Shown: positions 16,515 through 31,272 of the stretch, piece by piece | How positions within the stretch are numbered: the first letter of the stretch is position 1 | Layout of the letters: every line of letters starts with the position of its first letter | NCBI RefSeq assembly: GCF_009914755.1 | Contig: NC_060938.1 | Length of the DNA stretch: 64,000 bases | DNA from: the human T2T-CHM13v2.0 reference genome, Homo sapiens | Reading direction: 5' to 3' (one strand) | The notes under the pieces: generated by a model | Databases searched by the model: none | What the model was told of the DNA's origin: nothing | What the model saw: the letters and a program-made list of their open reading frames with translations, nothing else | Position numbers and translations under genes: made by a program

Positions 16515-18743
16515 ATGACCTAAGTTTTTTATGGTAGTGATAGTCTGTGTTGAAACTCTTAGCATTTCCTTAGAACTATTTTTATTCCAAGGAGAATAAA
16601 ATCTTAATATATAAAATGAAAATGACATTTGGGTTCTGTGAAGTGTAAAACGGACCTCAAATCAACAAGGGGTCAGATAGGAGCAAAATCGAAACCATGT
16701 CAATTGCATCCTCCATATCTTTAAAAAAAAAAACAACCCATTTCTTGACAGGGCTCAAAATTTCAAAATCTATCAGAGCTAATTTGGTTGAGGCTTCATC
16801 CTATGGAGATACACAAAGATTAGTATTGACTTGTGTATAACTTTAATGACACTCTTGATTTGGTCCAGTTATGTAGAAGTTAGTTGGTAAAAACTGTTCT
16901 ACATTTCTGCTTTGCAGAGAAATCTTGTGATTGGGTTGGTGTTTTTAAAACCTGCTAGTCGCATCTAAATAAGCTGGGGAAGATGGAAGAGAGCAGCATG
17001 TGATAAAATGTTCCTTTTTTCCCTTCCTATACTATTTTGTTAAAAGCCTTCTAGAATATAGGTACCAAAAATTAACTCACTTTATTCTTTCTAGTTTTCA
17101 GTAGTGGGGATCTGTTAAGCCTTATTATTTAAGAAATAGATATTAATTCTTATCTTTGGTATTTTTCTGATTTGCTTTATTGTAACAAGAGCTGCACATT
17201 AATTAACACATTAATCAGTGCATGCAGAGATGGTTACATAACAGTCTGAGCCATGAACTCAGTCCAGTATTGAAAAATAAGTATCTCCAGAAGTAATTCT
17301 TATTCTAGTATCAAACATAACAGTCCTTTAAAATTTCCTTTGGAATGTTGAAAAGAGATCAAATGAAACCTTCAGAATGGTTATTTATCAGGGAACAAGA
17401 AACCTCCAATTTCGTTCACCCATTGTAGCTCCACTTTCTCATTTTAATGCTCAATCCACAGTGGCGATGGTAAAAGATGTCCTGCACCTTCAGAGATGGC
17501 AGTGGGAGAGGGGACATCACCTTTCCATTTATTGCTTGTTGCAATTTGGCCTGTTTACAGACAGAATTGCTCTGTGGGTTCTTTTAGTGGAGAGTGGAGG
17601 AAATCAAGATAGGAACAAGAAATCAGCATTTACACATGACCCATGAGTTGGCTAATTTTTAACATGTAGTTAAGAAATGATTACAGCCTGCAGAGTCATG
17701 ACCTCAACTTTTCATCAGCTCCATTGGATTGTGCCTCAGTTTGGAAATGAAGGAGGTACACGGGAAGTTTTAATTGTACCTGTGTGATTTATCCCTAGTC
17801 AGCTCTTTAATTTCTTCTGGCTGTCTGAGGTTTCCGACATGCTGTAAATTTCCGCAACTTTTTCATTATCTGCAATTTCTTTATGACTTGTGAATCGGAG
17901 TGGAGAGAGAGTGTGGATTTACAGCAGAGATAAACATGTCCATAAAGTCTGTATCTGTGTCAGTAATTGTACTGCTGTCAGTGACTGTCCTGTTTTACAG
18001 GCCTCTCTTGGGAAAGGAACAGCCTTCACTACCAGCAGCACTGAAGTGCTTGCTTTGATTTGCATTAACTTGCTAGGAGATTAGGTAGGAATGGTGGGAT
18101 AGGAATTGATACTGGACCTTGGCCTCTCTTGTTTGTTTGAGATCAAATGACCTCCTAGGATAACTGTGTGTTGAAGATAGAACATGGACAGACAATATTC
18201 ATTTCCTAAATGAAAATGAAACTTGAATTGATATGGTAGATGTGAAAAATCCTTTCTAACTTCATTTTATAATGTACCTTTAAGGTGACTTCCCTTTCCT
18301 ATCACTGTTGATAATTAAACTTAGGTTCCCTCTGGCCCCCCTCCCCCATTTTCCTTTTCTTAGAATTAAAACACAGGGTTTCACTTTTAGAGCACTCATA
18401 TCTGCTCAAGAGTGGGCCAGCTAGAGTTAAGGTGAAGACTACATCTGCCTTATCTTAATTCTCAACTATTATTGGCTCTTTCTCATCTGCTTAAGGTGGT
18501 GTGCCCACAACCATTTACCATGAGAAAGGCAGTCACAAGGAGCAATTCTTAATATAACTGTCTTTAAAAGGCTCTTTAGGATCTCTCTCTTTAGTGTTTT
18601 CTTCCTTATAGTAATTTTGAAAGAAACTGAAATTAAGAGAAGTCCTTTCTAAGTAGATGGAAAAGCAAACACATTGTTTTCTTCTAGTACATTTCATACT
18701 CAACAAATCCCTCAAGAATTGAAACTATCCTTGCATACCCTGA

Positions 18744-19079
<336 letters not shown>

Positions 19080-20759
19080 TAGTTTAAAAGCAGAGTAGGT
19101 GACAGAAGAGTTTAACAGTGAGGGGATAAGATGCATGATAAGCATCAACCTATAGTCAGCCCACAAGTCCAAATAATATACTGAGCAATTAAGTTGATTT
19201 CTCCATAAGTTCTCGTCTGCTTACATTCCTTTTTGACTGCAACTGACCATAGCCATTTTTTTTTATCATGGGAGTGGGAAGATTAAAGGAGGTGATGTGA
19301 TACAAAATTGTTTGGCATCCTTCCAGAAGCTGTGGTGAAAAGTGTGGTTAAAATTGTTGCAAGAATAAGATTTGAAATTATCTGTGGTTTTAATTCCTTA
19401 TCACATCTATTGCCATAGTAGAGTTTATTCTTACTTAACAAGGGATAAACTACTTTATTTGAGCAAGAGGGATAATCTCTTCAGGCCCCTTTGTCAGTCA
19501 TTTCTTGTCCTCCTTTAGAACAGGGAGTTTTTTTTTTTAACTCCTTAAAACATTTTTTTTAATAACACTTTGTTGAGATATCATTCACATACCATAAGGT
19601 TTATGTTTGTAAAGTTTAGTGTTCATTGGTTTTTAGCACACTCAACAATAAAAAACTATTTGGGTATCTAAACTATTGAGATAGTTTTCTCCTTTTCTTT
19701 TTCAGTCCATGCTAATGGTATTCCTCATGGAGTAAGCTTGTGAAATTACATTGTTACCTAATTCTAGTTTGAGGAAACTTCTAGTGTATCACTTGCTATG
19801 TCCAATGTAGCAAACAAATACAATAATCTAAAATTAACCTAACAAAACCTAGAGTTATTGTGTTAGTGCTGTAACTCCTTGTTTTAGGACCTTAAATTTT
19901 TTTCTTCAGTGAATGCGCAAGTTGAAAGTGCTTAACATTCATTTTGATGCAGACCTTTATTTTTTCTTTTATTAATTTTATACAATCTGATTGTAAGCAC
20001 AGGTTTGGACCAAGTTAAGGAGTTTCACCTGTATGCCCAGTCAATATGTTGAAAGAAGAGTGAGAAGTCTAGCTGGGTCTGATTACAGAAATAAGCTTTC
20101 TAATTGCTTAGGTTGAAAAGCTTGTTATTACTAAGAATTTCTCTTCCCAGAAAATAGTTTGAAAGGTGGGGAAAGTATGTATTCTAGCTTCACAGGGGAA
20201 GCATTTTTCTTCTGATAGGAGGGAAAATAGTTTATAGTTGTTTGCATCCATTTCTGCTGCTGTCAGCTGTTAAGTTCAGTAAAAACAAGGGTTTAATTAG
20301 CCAACAGTCTCACAGTGTTGGAGGAAAACGTTATTAAAAAAGAAAAGAACAATACAATAAAATATTATTTGGATAATAAATTGTGTATCTATTGTTCTTT
20401 GAAATGACTCTGCAAGAGGGATTGATAACTTTGTATTAAAGGTTTAATAAATATAGGTGCTGGAGAATGATTCAATCACATGTCTCCAGGTTGAAAGAGG
20501 ACCAGCAGCTGCCCCCCTTAATCAGAGTGAGAATGGAATCCAGTAGTAGCCAGGCTTGAAACTAAAGGGAGCGTTAGAGTATTGATCTGTTTACTTGTAG
20601 AAGGGATAATTATTGGGTTAAAATCCTTATGTGATGTTTTACTTTTTAAAATCCCGGATTTCCTTGGAACTATAATTTTAAAAACTTATTTCAAATTATC
20701 AAGTAAATGAATATCAATGCCACAAATAGGTCAGGAAAGAAGCCCCTCTTCACTAAATT

Positions 20760-21170
20760 AAGAAGAAAAGTCATTAAGTCTTCTTTTCCTCCAACAGTTC
20801 ATTATGAAAAAATTTTAATCACCCAGCAAACCCCCCTCTGTGTGTGTATATTTTATATATGAATATATATATATATATTTTTTTTTAATCTATATTACGT
20901 ATTGATATTCTCTTCTTCCTTAGCCATTTGGAAGTAAATTTCAGACATCATGGCACTTTACCCCTAAATGCTTAAGAACACATCTCCTAAGAATAAGGAT
21001 AGTTTTCTATATAATATTATCACATCCAACAAAAATAATTTAAAAAATCTAATATATTTTCACATTCAGACCTCCCCAATTGTCCCTAAAAATCTTGTGT
21101 AGCATTTTTATTAAAACCAAGATCCAGTCCAAGTTCTGGCATTGTAAATGCCATTACATTCTTGATAAGA
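20760..21170 (-). mobile_element. L1MC 3' end fragment containing (TA)n
   Basis: cagacatcatggcactttacccctaaatgcttaag...tcctaagaataagga. Confidence 0.7.
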
Positions 21171-21186
21171 GAACATTGAGCACTAA

Positions 21187-21517
<331 letters not shown>

Positions 21518-22233
21518 TCACAGTAGCTCTTTTAATAAATATTTACCAGCTTTTTCCTGTGGTGAACATATATTTACTCAAATGACTATCATTTTCTTCT
21601 AGAATATTGAGTTTTGAGTTCTCTCTTTACAATAAGCCTGCTTTATCAAGCTCCTTTATTTCTGGTATCCTCTCCTTCTTCCAAATGAATTACCTGTAGA
21701 ATTGATATTTTCTCCAATAACTACTCTATTCCACAGTCAGAGTAATATTTTTGAAACACAAATTGACATGTGACCTTATTCCCTTCTTCTTAAAATCTGT
21801 CAACAGCTTCTCATTGTTCTCAGGATCAAGTCAAAAACCTTTAACTTGGCCTTACAGCTCTGCCTGATCTAACGTTTTTCACACCATGCTCCCTTTCTGA
21901 GCATGTGTTCCGCACATTCAGAAAACAGAGGGAAAAGTGAGGTAAATAATCCAGGGAACACCTCTTGGAAGAGATGAAACTTGAAATAGAATTTGATGTC
22001 TAATATTTGTATATAAGAGGAAAGAATACACTTCAGAATGGGAAGGAATTTTTGAGAATGGATAAGATATTTTGGGGGAAAATTGATAAATTGTAACAGA
22101 CTAGAGAGATGAGTCAAAGTGATTTCAAGATTTTAAGCCCTTGTGACTAGGAGAATACAATTTAGTGTGGAACTGAGATATGCATTATAAAACTTCAGTT
22201 TTGTTTGCTAAGGTGTTGTTAAAGCATCTTTGA

Positions 22234-22507
22234 AGGCCAACGTGGCATGATCACTTGAGGCCGGGAGTTCAAGACTAGCCTGGACAGCATAGCGAGTCTC
22301 CATCTCTACAGAAAAATTTAAAAATTAGCTGGTGAGGTGGCTCAAGCCTGTAGTCTCTGCTACTTGGGAGGCTAAGGTGGGAAAATCACTTGAGTCCAAG
22401 AGTGAGGCTGCAGTGAGCTGTGATTGCACCCTCACCCCACCCCCTATCCTCTGCACTCCAGCCTGGGAGACAGAGTGAGACCCTGCCTCAAAAAAAAAAA
22501 AAAAAAA
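22234..22507 (+). mobile_element. 5'-truncated AluJ
   Basis: TSD gcatctttgaa on both sides; short C-rich insertion near 22430. Confidence 0.9.
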
Positions 22508-22579
22508 GGCATCTTTGAAATGAATAACTTAACAATTTAAACTACTATCAGGGTTATATAGGTGAAAAGGTTGTGAATA

Positions 22580-23048
22580 TATAGTCTGTTAATTATGATA
22601 AAGTGCAACCATATATAACAGGAAATCTAAAATAATTGTGGCTTACACAAGGTAGCATTTTTTTTTTTTTCAACAAAAAGGAAAGCTGGAGGTAGATGCA
22701 CCTAGCAGGTAGGGCAGTTCCAAAGGTGTCATCAAGGACTAAAGTTTCCATCCTTCCATCCTAAATATACTTTATACACGCTAGAGCTCTAGCCATCATG
22801 CCTGAATTGTAGGCAAGAAGGTGGGGTAGGAATTTAATTTAAAAAAGGGATCCCACACAGCTGACACTTTTCTTTTTAAGCAGCCTTCCTGGAAGTCCCA
22901 CAGAATTTAAATCACCTGGCCTGGCTGCAAAATAATGTAATTGTTTATTCTGAGCTATAATTTTGGTAGCAAAAAAGTTGGCTATCTGTTAATACAGAGG
23001 AAGAGGGAACATGGATCTTGGAATAGGCAGCCAATATTCTCTGCCATA
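22580..23048 (-). mobile_element. MLT1-family MaLR LTR (old)
   Basis: gcagccttcctggaagtcccac; ends ggaataggcagccaatattctctgccata. Confidence 0.6.
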
Positions 23049-24829
23049 GCAGGGGACAAGAGACCTTTGCAAGAGCAGTGGGGTCAGTAGAAGGATGTGA
23101 GGTGATGTGTTGAGAAGGAAGCTCAGAATTAGTGATTTTACAGGTGCATGTATGGACTTAGTGATCTTGTTTTCTTTACCACATTAAGCTTGTTTGGTGC
23201 TCCATAAATGGGTGACTGCGTGCCCAACATCTCCTGTTAAAGGATCTTGCAGACCTTTTTTTTTCCCCCTCCCTTTGGCTATTTCTCCAAGTAAATAAAT
23301 ATTAGAAAATATCAGCTCTTTTTCATCTTCAGGGAACAAGCCACTCAAGAAATGGTCAGTTTTTAAAATTGCTGAGCAGAACCTGCTATAGATATTTCCA
23401 GTATGGAGAAGAGAAACACTTGGATTTCTGATTTGTGTATGTTTACCAAAACAGATTCTAAGATATAAGAAAAATATTGCTAGAGTAATATTTTCTTTTA
23501 TGCAGCTAGCATAGTGAGTCCAAGAGTTTATTTTTATATTCACTGTGTTTCACATAGGCTTGATTATAATAGGCTATTGGTGTTGTTGAATGGATGATTG
23601 AATTATTTCTGAAGCCTGTATGAGGTAGACTGTGGTGATATTTAGAAGTTAAAGGCAGTCTATGGTTTAATGTAATAAAACATGCTTCATAGCTAGTAAA
23701 AAAGCTATCCCTTTTATAATATATAGTGTATAGATTATATAATTAATATAAAGCCACAATAGCTTTATTACTAATTTAAAATTTAACTCCTAAGAACACT
23801 TTTCAGCAAAAACACAAAAATAGATTCACTTAAAAGCTTTTTAAAAATAACTTAGCCCAAAACACCAAATAAGTCTAGTAGAGTTTTGCTGCTTTAAATG
23901 TAAAAAGCAGCATTTTACTCTTAGTATTTAAAGGCGACTCCTTACCTTCTTGTAGCACTTTGTCTACTGCAGAATGTGCATGATTTTGCCCTAGTTATGG
24001 TGACTGGATTCTCATCCTCTCAGTAGGATCAATATTAAGCTAGCCTTCTTTACCTCCTCGATCCATATTAAACCTGTCTTGGAAAGAGTCTGTTTATTGG
24101 ATAATATAGCTACACCGGGGCTCTATGACAATATCTTTTGCTGCCTCATTAACTCTCGAGCATTAGAACAAGATAAAAATGCCCTAAAGCCTCTTATCTG
24201 ATGTCTGGTGTAACCTGCTGTAAGCAGGATTGCCATTAGTTTATGTTAGAAATCAAATGACCCTCTCCAGTGCAGGAAGTACTGATTAAACCTGAAGTGT
24301 CCCCGGAGGACTCTACAGCTGTCAGAGGGGTGGTGACTGTCCGTCACGAAAAGGGAAATCTGGGCCAGAGGTCCCAGTGGGGCGGTGCTTTAAGAACCCG
24401 CACGTGGCTGCCCCAGCTGTTCTGCTTTGCCTAATGAATTGTTTTACAAGAAGAGGCTGGGTATTATCATCACAAGCTGCCTTCCTTAGGGACTGGAGCA
24501 GGCCAAATAATAAGTAATGTTAGTGATGGTAATTGAAATGTGATGGCTCTCCTGAGATCTTTATGGCCCTGGAGCTGGTTGGCACTTGTGGATTGCCTTG
24601 TCCTAGCAAGTGCCTTATTTTTTTTCTGTTTTGTAATACCGTTGTGTGCGTTTTTCTCTTCTGTCCCCCATGGAAATTCATTAATAAAAGCTATCGTAGG
24701 AACATTACAATGATGTTAACTACAAAAGGAACAGTTTTAACTTTTTCATTTCAATTATCAAACACTGTAATGGTAAATAAGTGGTTTCTGGAGGAAACCA
24801 CTGTAAAGATCTCTCTGTGCTTTTAAAGG

Positions 24830-25170
24830 AATATGTTAAACTTATACAAATAATACAAGCTCTTGATTTTAAGAATATTTTAAAATAACATGAAAGGATA
24901 TAAAGTGAAAAGTAAAATCCTTATCTGCTGAATTTATGAGCGGTAACTGCCACGAACAGTTTCTCCATGGATGCTTCCAGACATTTTCTGTACATAGTAA
25001 AGTTTATATACATTACCATACACAGATGCAATCATAATATACATACTGTTTTGTGACTTATCTTTGACCCCACAACATGTCTTGGATATCTTTCCACAGC
25101 AGTATACATAGATCTGCTTCACTGTTTTCCAAATGCTTCATAGGATTTCACTATATGGATGTACCAATTC
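24830..25170 (-). mobile_element. L1ME fragment
   Basis: atcataatatacatactgttttgtgactt; tatggatgtacc. Confidence 0.6.
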
Positions 25171-26229
25171 AAGACTCTTTGTAGATAGTTTGACTTGGAC
25201 CTTATAAATGAAGCCTTACCATACAAGCAGGTTGCATCCACTGACTTGTGTTCCATAGTTCAAACTCTGCTTTTACATGAAGTGATTTTCCTTTCTTCAG
25301 GAATGTTACATTTTAGTCCAGTATTGTTTTAAAATAGGAAATTCTGGAGGTAAAGCTTTTAGGGGGGAGGTAGTGTGAGTCTTGTCATGCATCATTAGCC
25401 GGACATATGTGTAGTGATATGCACCCCACTGTGTGCTTTTAATTTGTTGCTTAGTTAAATGAGAAGTATTCTGTCCCAGATAGGTGGGGAAAACAAATAG
25501 CCTTTGATGAGTGTTGTCCAAGGCACTGACTGGCGGCTTCCTCTAAAGTTGAATGAGTGTTTTCTCCCCTAATTTTCTACTTCAGAAGTTCCAGGAATCA
25601 AGTTTTGAACGCATTAATGGACTTGGGAAATGATTTGTCAGCACGTGGAAATGAGGACTTAGGTTTCTTGTGTAACAGCTTGGCTAACAAAGCAAGTTTG
25701 TGCCTCATGAACTTTAAGGGCCTTGCTGGGAGTGGCAGTGTGATGAATGAAGCAAAGCAATTTTCCAGGAGCATTTCAGGTCAGTGATAGGAGAAATCAG
25801 TTGTCTTCTCAGTCAAACAGAAACTTAATTTTAGTTGCATCTGTCTTAATAAGAGAATCTGTATGCAAATTGAATGGTAGAAATTCCACATCTGCCAAAG
25901 ATGGGAGCATTGCAAGTCTTTTTTTTAACTCGAAGCTCTTTAGTCCCATTCTCAACACTTCAAAATTGAGGTTTGACCAAATATTGAAGAGATGTCATAC
26001 TACTAAATTGCAAAATGCAAACTAGTTTTGTTTCAGACATTTTATACAGTGCTTTTCTTGTCCTTGATGTTAGTCATTTGAATTGATGCCCAATCTTTAA
26101 TTTAATAATTGGAGGCTATTATTAATAACAATAACTGATTTACTTCTTGTCCAAGCCTTTATTAGATTCATGGGATGTAGGTATACAGAGATTTCTGGGG
26201 CTGTTCTGGGCTATTGGAGATCTTGTAGA

Positions 26230-26382
26230 CCTAAACTATTCAAAGCAGTAGCCACTAACTGCATGTGTTTGTTTGAAGTTAAATTAATTAAAAATAAAAT
26301 TTAAAATCTAATTCCTCAGTCACTCTAGGAAATGCTCAGTAGCCATGTGTCGCTAATGACTACCACATTGGACAGCACTGCT
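26230..26382. mobile_element. MER3-like hAT/Charlie element
   Basis: gtagccact...aattcctcagtcactctag...attggacagcac. Confidence 0.75.
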
Positions 26383-26387
26383 CTAGA

Positions 26388-26634
26388 CCAAAGGTCAGCA
26401 AACTATGGCCTGCAACCTGTTTTTGTATTCTCTGAGCTAAGAATGTTTTTTACGTTTTTATGGGGGCTGTAAAAGTAAAACAAAAACAAAAAACGGAAGA
26501 ATCTGAAACAGACTGAATGTGGCCCACAAGCCTAACATAACATCCTTACGTCCCATTCATACTTATGTTATGTTAGGCTTGTGGGCCACATTCAGTCTGT
26601 TTGGTTCTTTACAAAAAACGTTTGCTCAGCCCTG
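26388..26634 (+). mobile_element. MER58B-like hAT element containing a perfect 38-bp inverted repeat
   Basis: Termini caaaggtcagcaaact ... gtttgctcagccctg; internal gagctaagaatgttttttac. Confidence 0.75.
26506..26602. repeat. Perfect 38-bp inverted repeat with 21-nt spacer
   Basis: 26506-26543 is the exact reverse complement of 26565-26602 (checked base by base). Confidence 0.97.
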
Positions 26635-26988
26635 GACCTATGCTTCCTCTTGGTGACGTTTTGGCTTTCTGATCAAATTGGGTTAGGACTTTCCATAAGT
26701 CATCAGAAGACTAAATCTAATAAGCAAATAGACAAATTTCAGATAAAGTTTCTTACTATAGATAGACTATGGAATGAGTCCAGAGCATACACAAATCAGT
26801 TCCCTGAAGCTAGGACAAGCGGGATGTGCATTTGAAATAGGAAAATAGTTTATAGTATAAATTATCAATTTCCTACAAGCTTTGTGCATAACACCTATAG
26901 TTTAACAGAACATCTTTCTTATTTTGTACACTATTTTGTGTCTTCTGTGTTCTATACTCTCCTATCTTACTCTGACAGAAACAGAATG

Positions 26989-27297
26989 AGCCTGGGCATA
27001 GTGGCTTATGCCTGTAATCTCAGCACTTTGAGAGGCCAAGGTGGGAGGATCACTTGACCCCAGAGTTCGAGACCAGCGTGGACAACATAGAAAGACCCTG
27101 TCTCTGCCAAAAAATACCAATAAAATTAGCCAAGTGTGGCAGTGTGCCCCTGTGGTCCCAGCTACTTGGGAAGCTGAAGTGGGAGGATGCATTTGAGCCC
27201 AAGAAGCAGAGCCTGCAGCGAGCTGTGATTGCTCCACTGCACTCCAGCCTGGGCAACAGAATGAGAAGCCTCTGTCTCCACATAGCCCGCCAAAAAA
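26989..27297 (+). mobile_element. AluJ
   Basis: Diverged full dimer. Confidence 0.9.
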
Positions 27298-27369
27298 GCA
27301 GATGCACTTTTTAACAAAGAATTTACTGTGAGGTTTTTTTTTTACCTATACAAATTATAATTTTTTCAT

Positions 27370-27850
27370 ATTTTTAATTGATACATTATAATTGTACATG
27401 TTTATGGGGTACAGTTTGACATTTCAATTCACATATGTTGTATAAAGATCAAATCAGGGTAGCTAGCATATCTATTACCACATGCATTTATTATTTCTTT
27501 GTGGTGAGAACATTCAAAAGCCTCTCTTCCAGCTATTTCATAATATGTGATACCTTACTGTTAACTAGTCACCCTGCTGTGCAACAGAACACCAGAACTC
27601 CTGTATAATTGTAATTTTGTGCCTGTTGACCAAACTTTCCTCATCCTCCTCCCCTGCCCTCTTCTCCCCTCTTTCCAGTTTCTGGTAACCACTCTGCTTC
27701 TATGATCTCAATTTTTTTTTTTCTTACAAGATTCCACATATGAGTGAGATCATGGCAGTATTTGTCTTTCTGTGTCTGGCTTATTTCACTTAACATGATG
27801 CCCTCCAGTTTCAACCATGTTGTCACACATGACAAGGTTTTATTCTTCAA
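27370..27850 (-). mobile_element. L1MA 3' UTR
   Basis: ttccacatatgagtgagatcatggcagtatttgtctttctgtgtctggcttatttcacttaacat. Confidence 0.88.
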
Positions 27851-28188
<338 letters not shown>

Positions 28189-30411
28189 TAGGGAGAATGC
28201 AGCAAAAATATTCTTTTTCTGGTATTCTCAACATCTGAGAGATTGTCTTCCCTTAGCAAATGTAACTCTAACAAATTCTTATTAAATATGAGGTCTATGA
28301 AATCTACCTATAAAATGAGCACCTGGCACTTCTGTGGTAAATTAGAGAGTCAGCTTGTCGCTTTCAAGACAGGACCTTGACATTCATGAGGTAACTGCAA
28401 ATTTCCAAGTTTGTGATAACTCATAGTGTATCATTTTTCCTCTAAAATGTGGTAAAGTACAGTTAAAAAAATTGTTACCGTTTGGGCCTTTGGTATGAAT
28501 TATTCTATAATTAGAAGTAAGTAAAGTATTCTCCCACTAAAATAAATGTTACACTGCAATATGTTTAATTACAAATAGAAATGTTAACTGGAACTTGTCT
28601 GAATCTTCAAACTCAACATGTCAGATGATCACGGGTTGTGTGGTTGAGATCATGAAGTGTGTACTAAGCCACAAAAAAAGTGACACTTCAACAATAACCT
28701 TGAAAACAAGGCACGTGATAGAAGAGATAAGGGAGATCATTGTGAAACAGTATTCTGAGAGGGAACCTTTGTGAAGTGATCGCTTCTTTCTAAAGAACTC
28801 TGAGTGGTAGCTGTAGTTGGCTTTTATTCCATGGTATGAAATCAGTGCAGATTTTAACATTTAAAGCTCTATCCATTGATCATAAGCAGTTATGGTGTCA
28901 ATTAGCTGTTTCTCCATTAGAACGTTGACTAAATGTATGAAAACTCAAAAAAGTTCTTCTAATTCTTCAGTGTCATCCCCTTTGCCATTCTTTGCCAACT
29001 CATCTGTGAGTCTTATTGTTTTTTCAGTTCTTCCATATTACTCTTATGTGTGCCCTCCAAACCTTTGCCAACCTCTTGCCTCTCCAGTATTAACAGTGTA
29101 TTCTTCATTGCCTGTGAAAATAATCTTAAAGTTATACACTGCCTTCTTCCTTACAGTATGCCAGTAAGCATCCACTTTTGTGGATCACCTGATTTGTAGT
29201 AAAAGATTCCCTATGGAATCCTTACATAATCAAGGATGTACCTCTTCTAAAGCTGCCTGTTAATAAGTTTGCTATCTTTGTCCATGGCATTTTTTGATGA
29301 CAATGAAAGTGTGGCAAAGTCATATGCTTTGAGCTTGTCTCTTACAGTCTGGTCGAAAAGTCAGAAGTATTCAGAGGAAGGAACATCACTTAAGGATTTA
29401 GAATTGTAAACTATAGTAATTAAAGATAGCCTTCCACATTTTCCACAGTAGGGAGAACTTGAAATTCAAGCTTAGACATTTCTGGCACAAAGTGTTTTGT
29501 TTTTTTGTTTGTTTGTTTCTCGGCCCTTCTAAGAGACAAAACATGAAATGTTTTTGAAACCAGTCCAAAACACCTTGCCCTGTGTCTGAGGGTGTTTTTT
29601 TCCACTGGACTACCAATATTTGGAAAGACATTCCTTTCATGTCTTGGGGTTTTCAGATTGGTATGGAAAACTTGTTTTTTCATAAAGACTGCAGATTCTA
29701 TGACGTGAAATAGTCAAGTCTGATCTTAAACTCCCTCATAGAGCTCTGTGAGGATATCTAGGTATTTGCAGGTTTCACCACTGAATTCCCAACATTTACC
29801 ATACTTGGTACATAATAGATAGGTGCTTACTTTTCCCCTTTCATTATTTTTTCCCAAATCACATTTTGGTCATGAATCCCATGTTTCCTGAATCATCCTC
29901 ACTGCCTTTTCAGAGAAGTATGTATTTTTCTCTCTATTGATGAACATGTTTGATAAAAGCTGGGATACTTGTTAAAACGTTCCCACACACGGCTGGATAC
30001 ATTATGGAACTATTCATGTCATATATCTGTGCCAACCGTAAGAAAAATATGCCTTCCAAATTCCTTTAGTTCTCTTCAGTTTCCATAAAATGTTATTTTT
30101 ATCATGTGTAAGAGTACTGTTAGGGAATCTCGTAGCCATGGTGGGATGCAGGTACTGGGTGGACCACTAGGTTCACTAGCCAGCTAAGTGAATTGCTCTT
30201 CCAGTGTGTGCTGTTCAGATTTGTTCCTAAGCAAAATTGCAGATAAACTCCTGTGTTACATTGACTTTCATGCCTTCATAGTAGAAAGCCCACAGATATT
30301 AAAGACTTGAATTCAGGTACTAGTAACAATTATAGATTGATTGTTCAGAATACCTTGGTTTCCTTCTTAAGCATAAAGTACAGAAAAATCAACACTGACA
30401 AGTTAATCCTA

Positions 30412-31000
<589 letters not shown>

Positions 31001-31235
31001 TATCCACATAAAAAATAAAATAAAATAAAATTGGACCCTCTACCTCATATCATATAAAAAATTAACTCAAAATGGATCATGGACCTAAATATAAGAGCTG
31101 AAACTATAGAACATAGGCATAAATCATGACCTTGAATTTGGCAGTAGTTTCTTAGATATGATACCAAAAGAACAAGCTCCATTACAATTAAACACTTCTG
31201 TGCTTCAAAGACACCATTAAGAAAGTACTTGGGTA

Positions 31236-31272
31236 GGACAGGTGTGGTGACTTACGCCTGAAATCCCAGCAC
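31236..31272 (+). mobile_element. Alu 5' head remnant (~37 bp)
   Basis: ggacaggtgtggtgacttacgcctgaaatcccagcac, lying at a jump between non-adjacent L1 segments. Confidence 0.75.

Noticed and set aside
19685-19737. Strong polypyrimidine acceptor followed 26 nt later by gga|gtaagc (possible microexon)
   Set aside because: Not frame-preserving, and such pairs are frequent by chance in T-rich introns.
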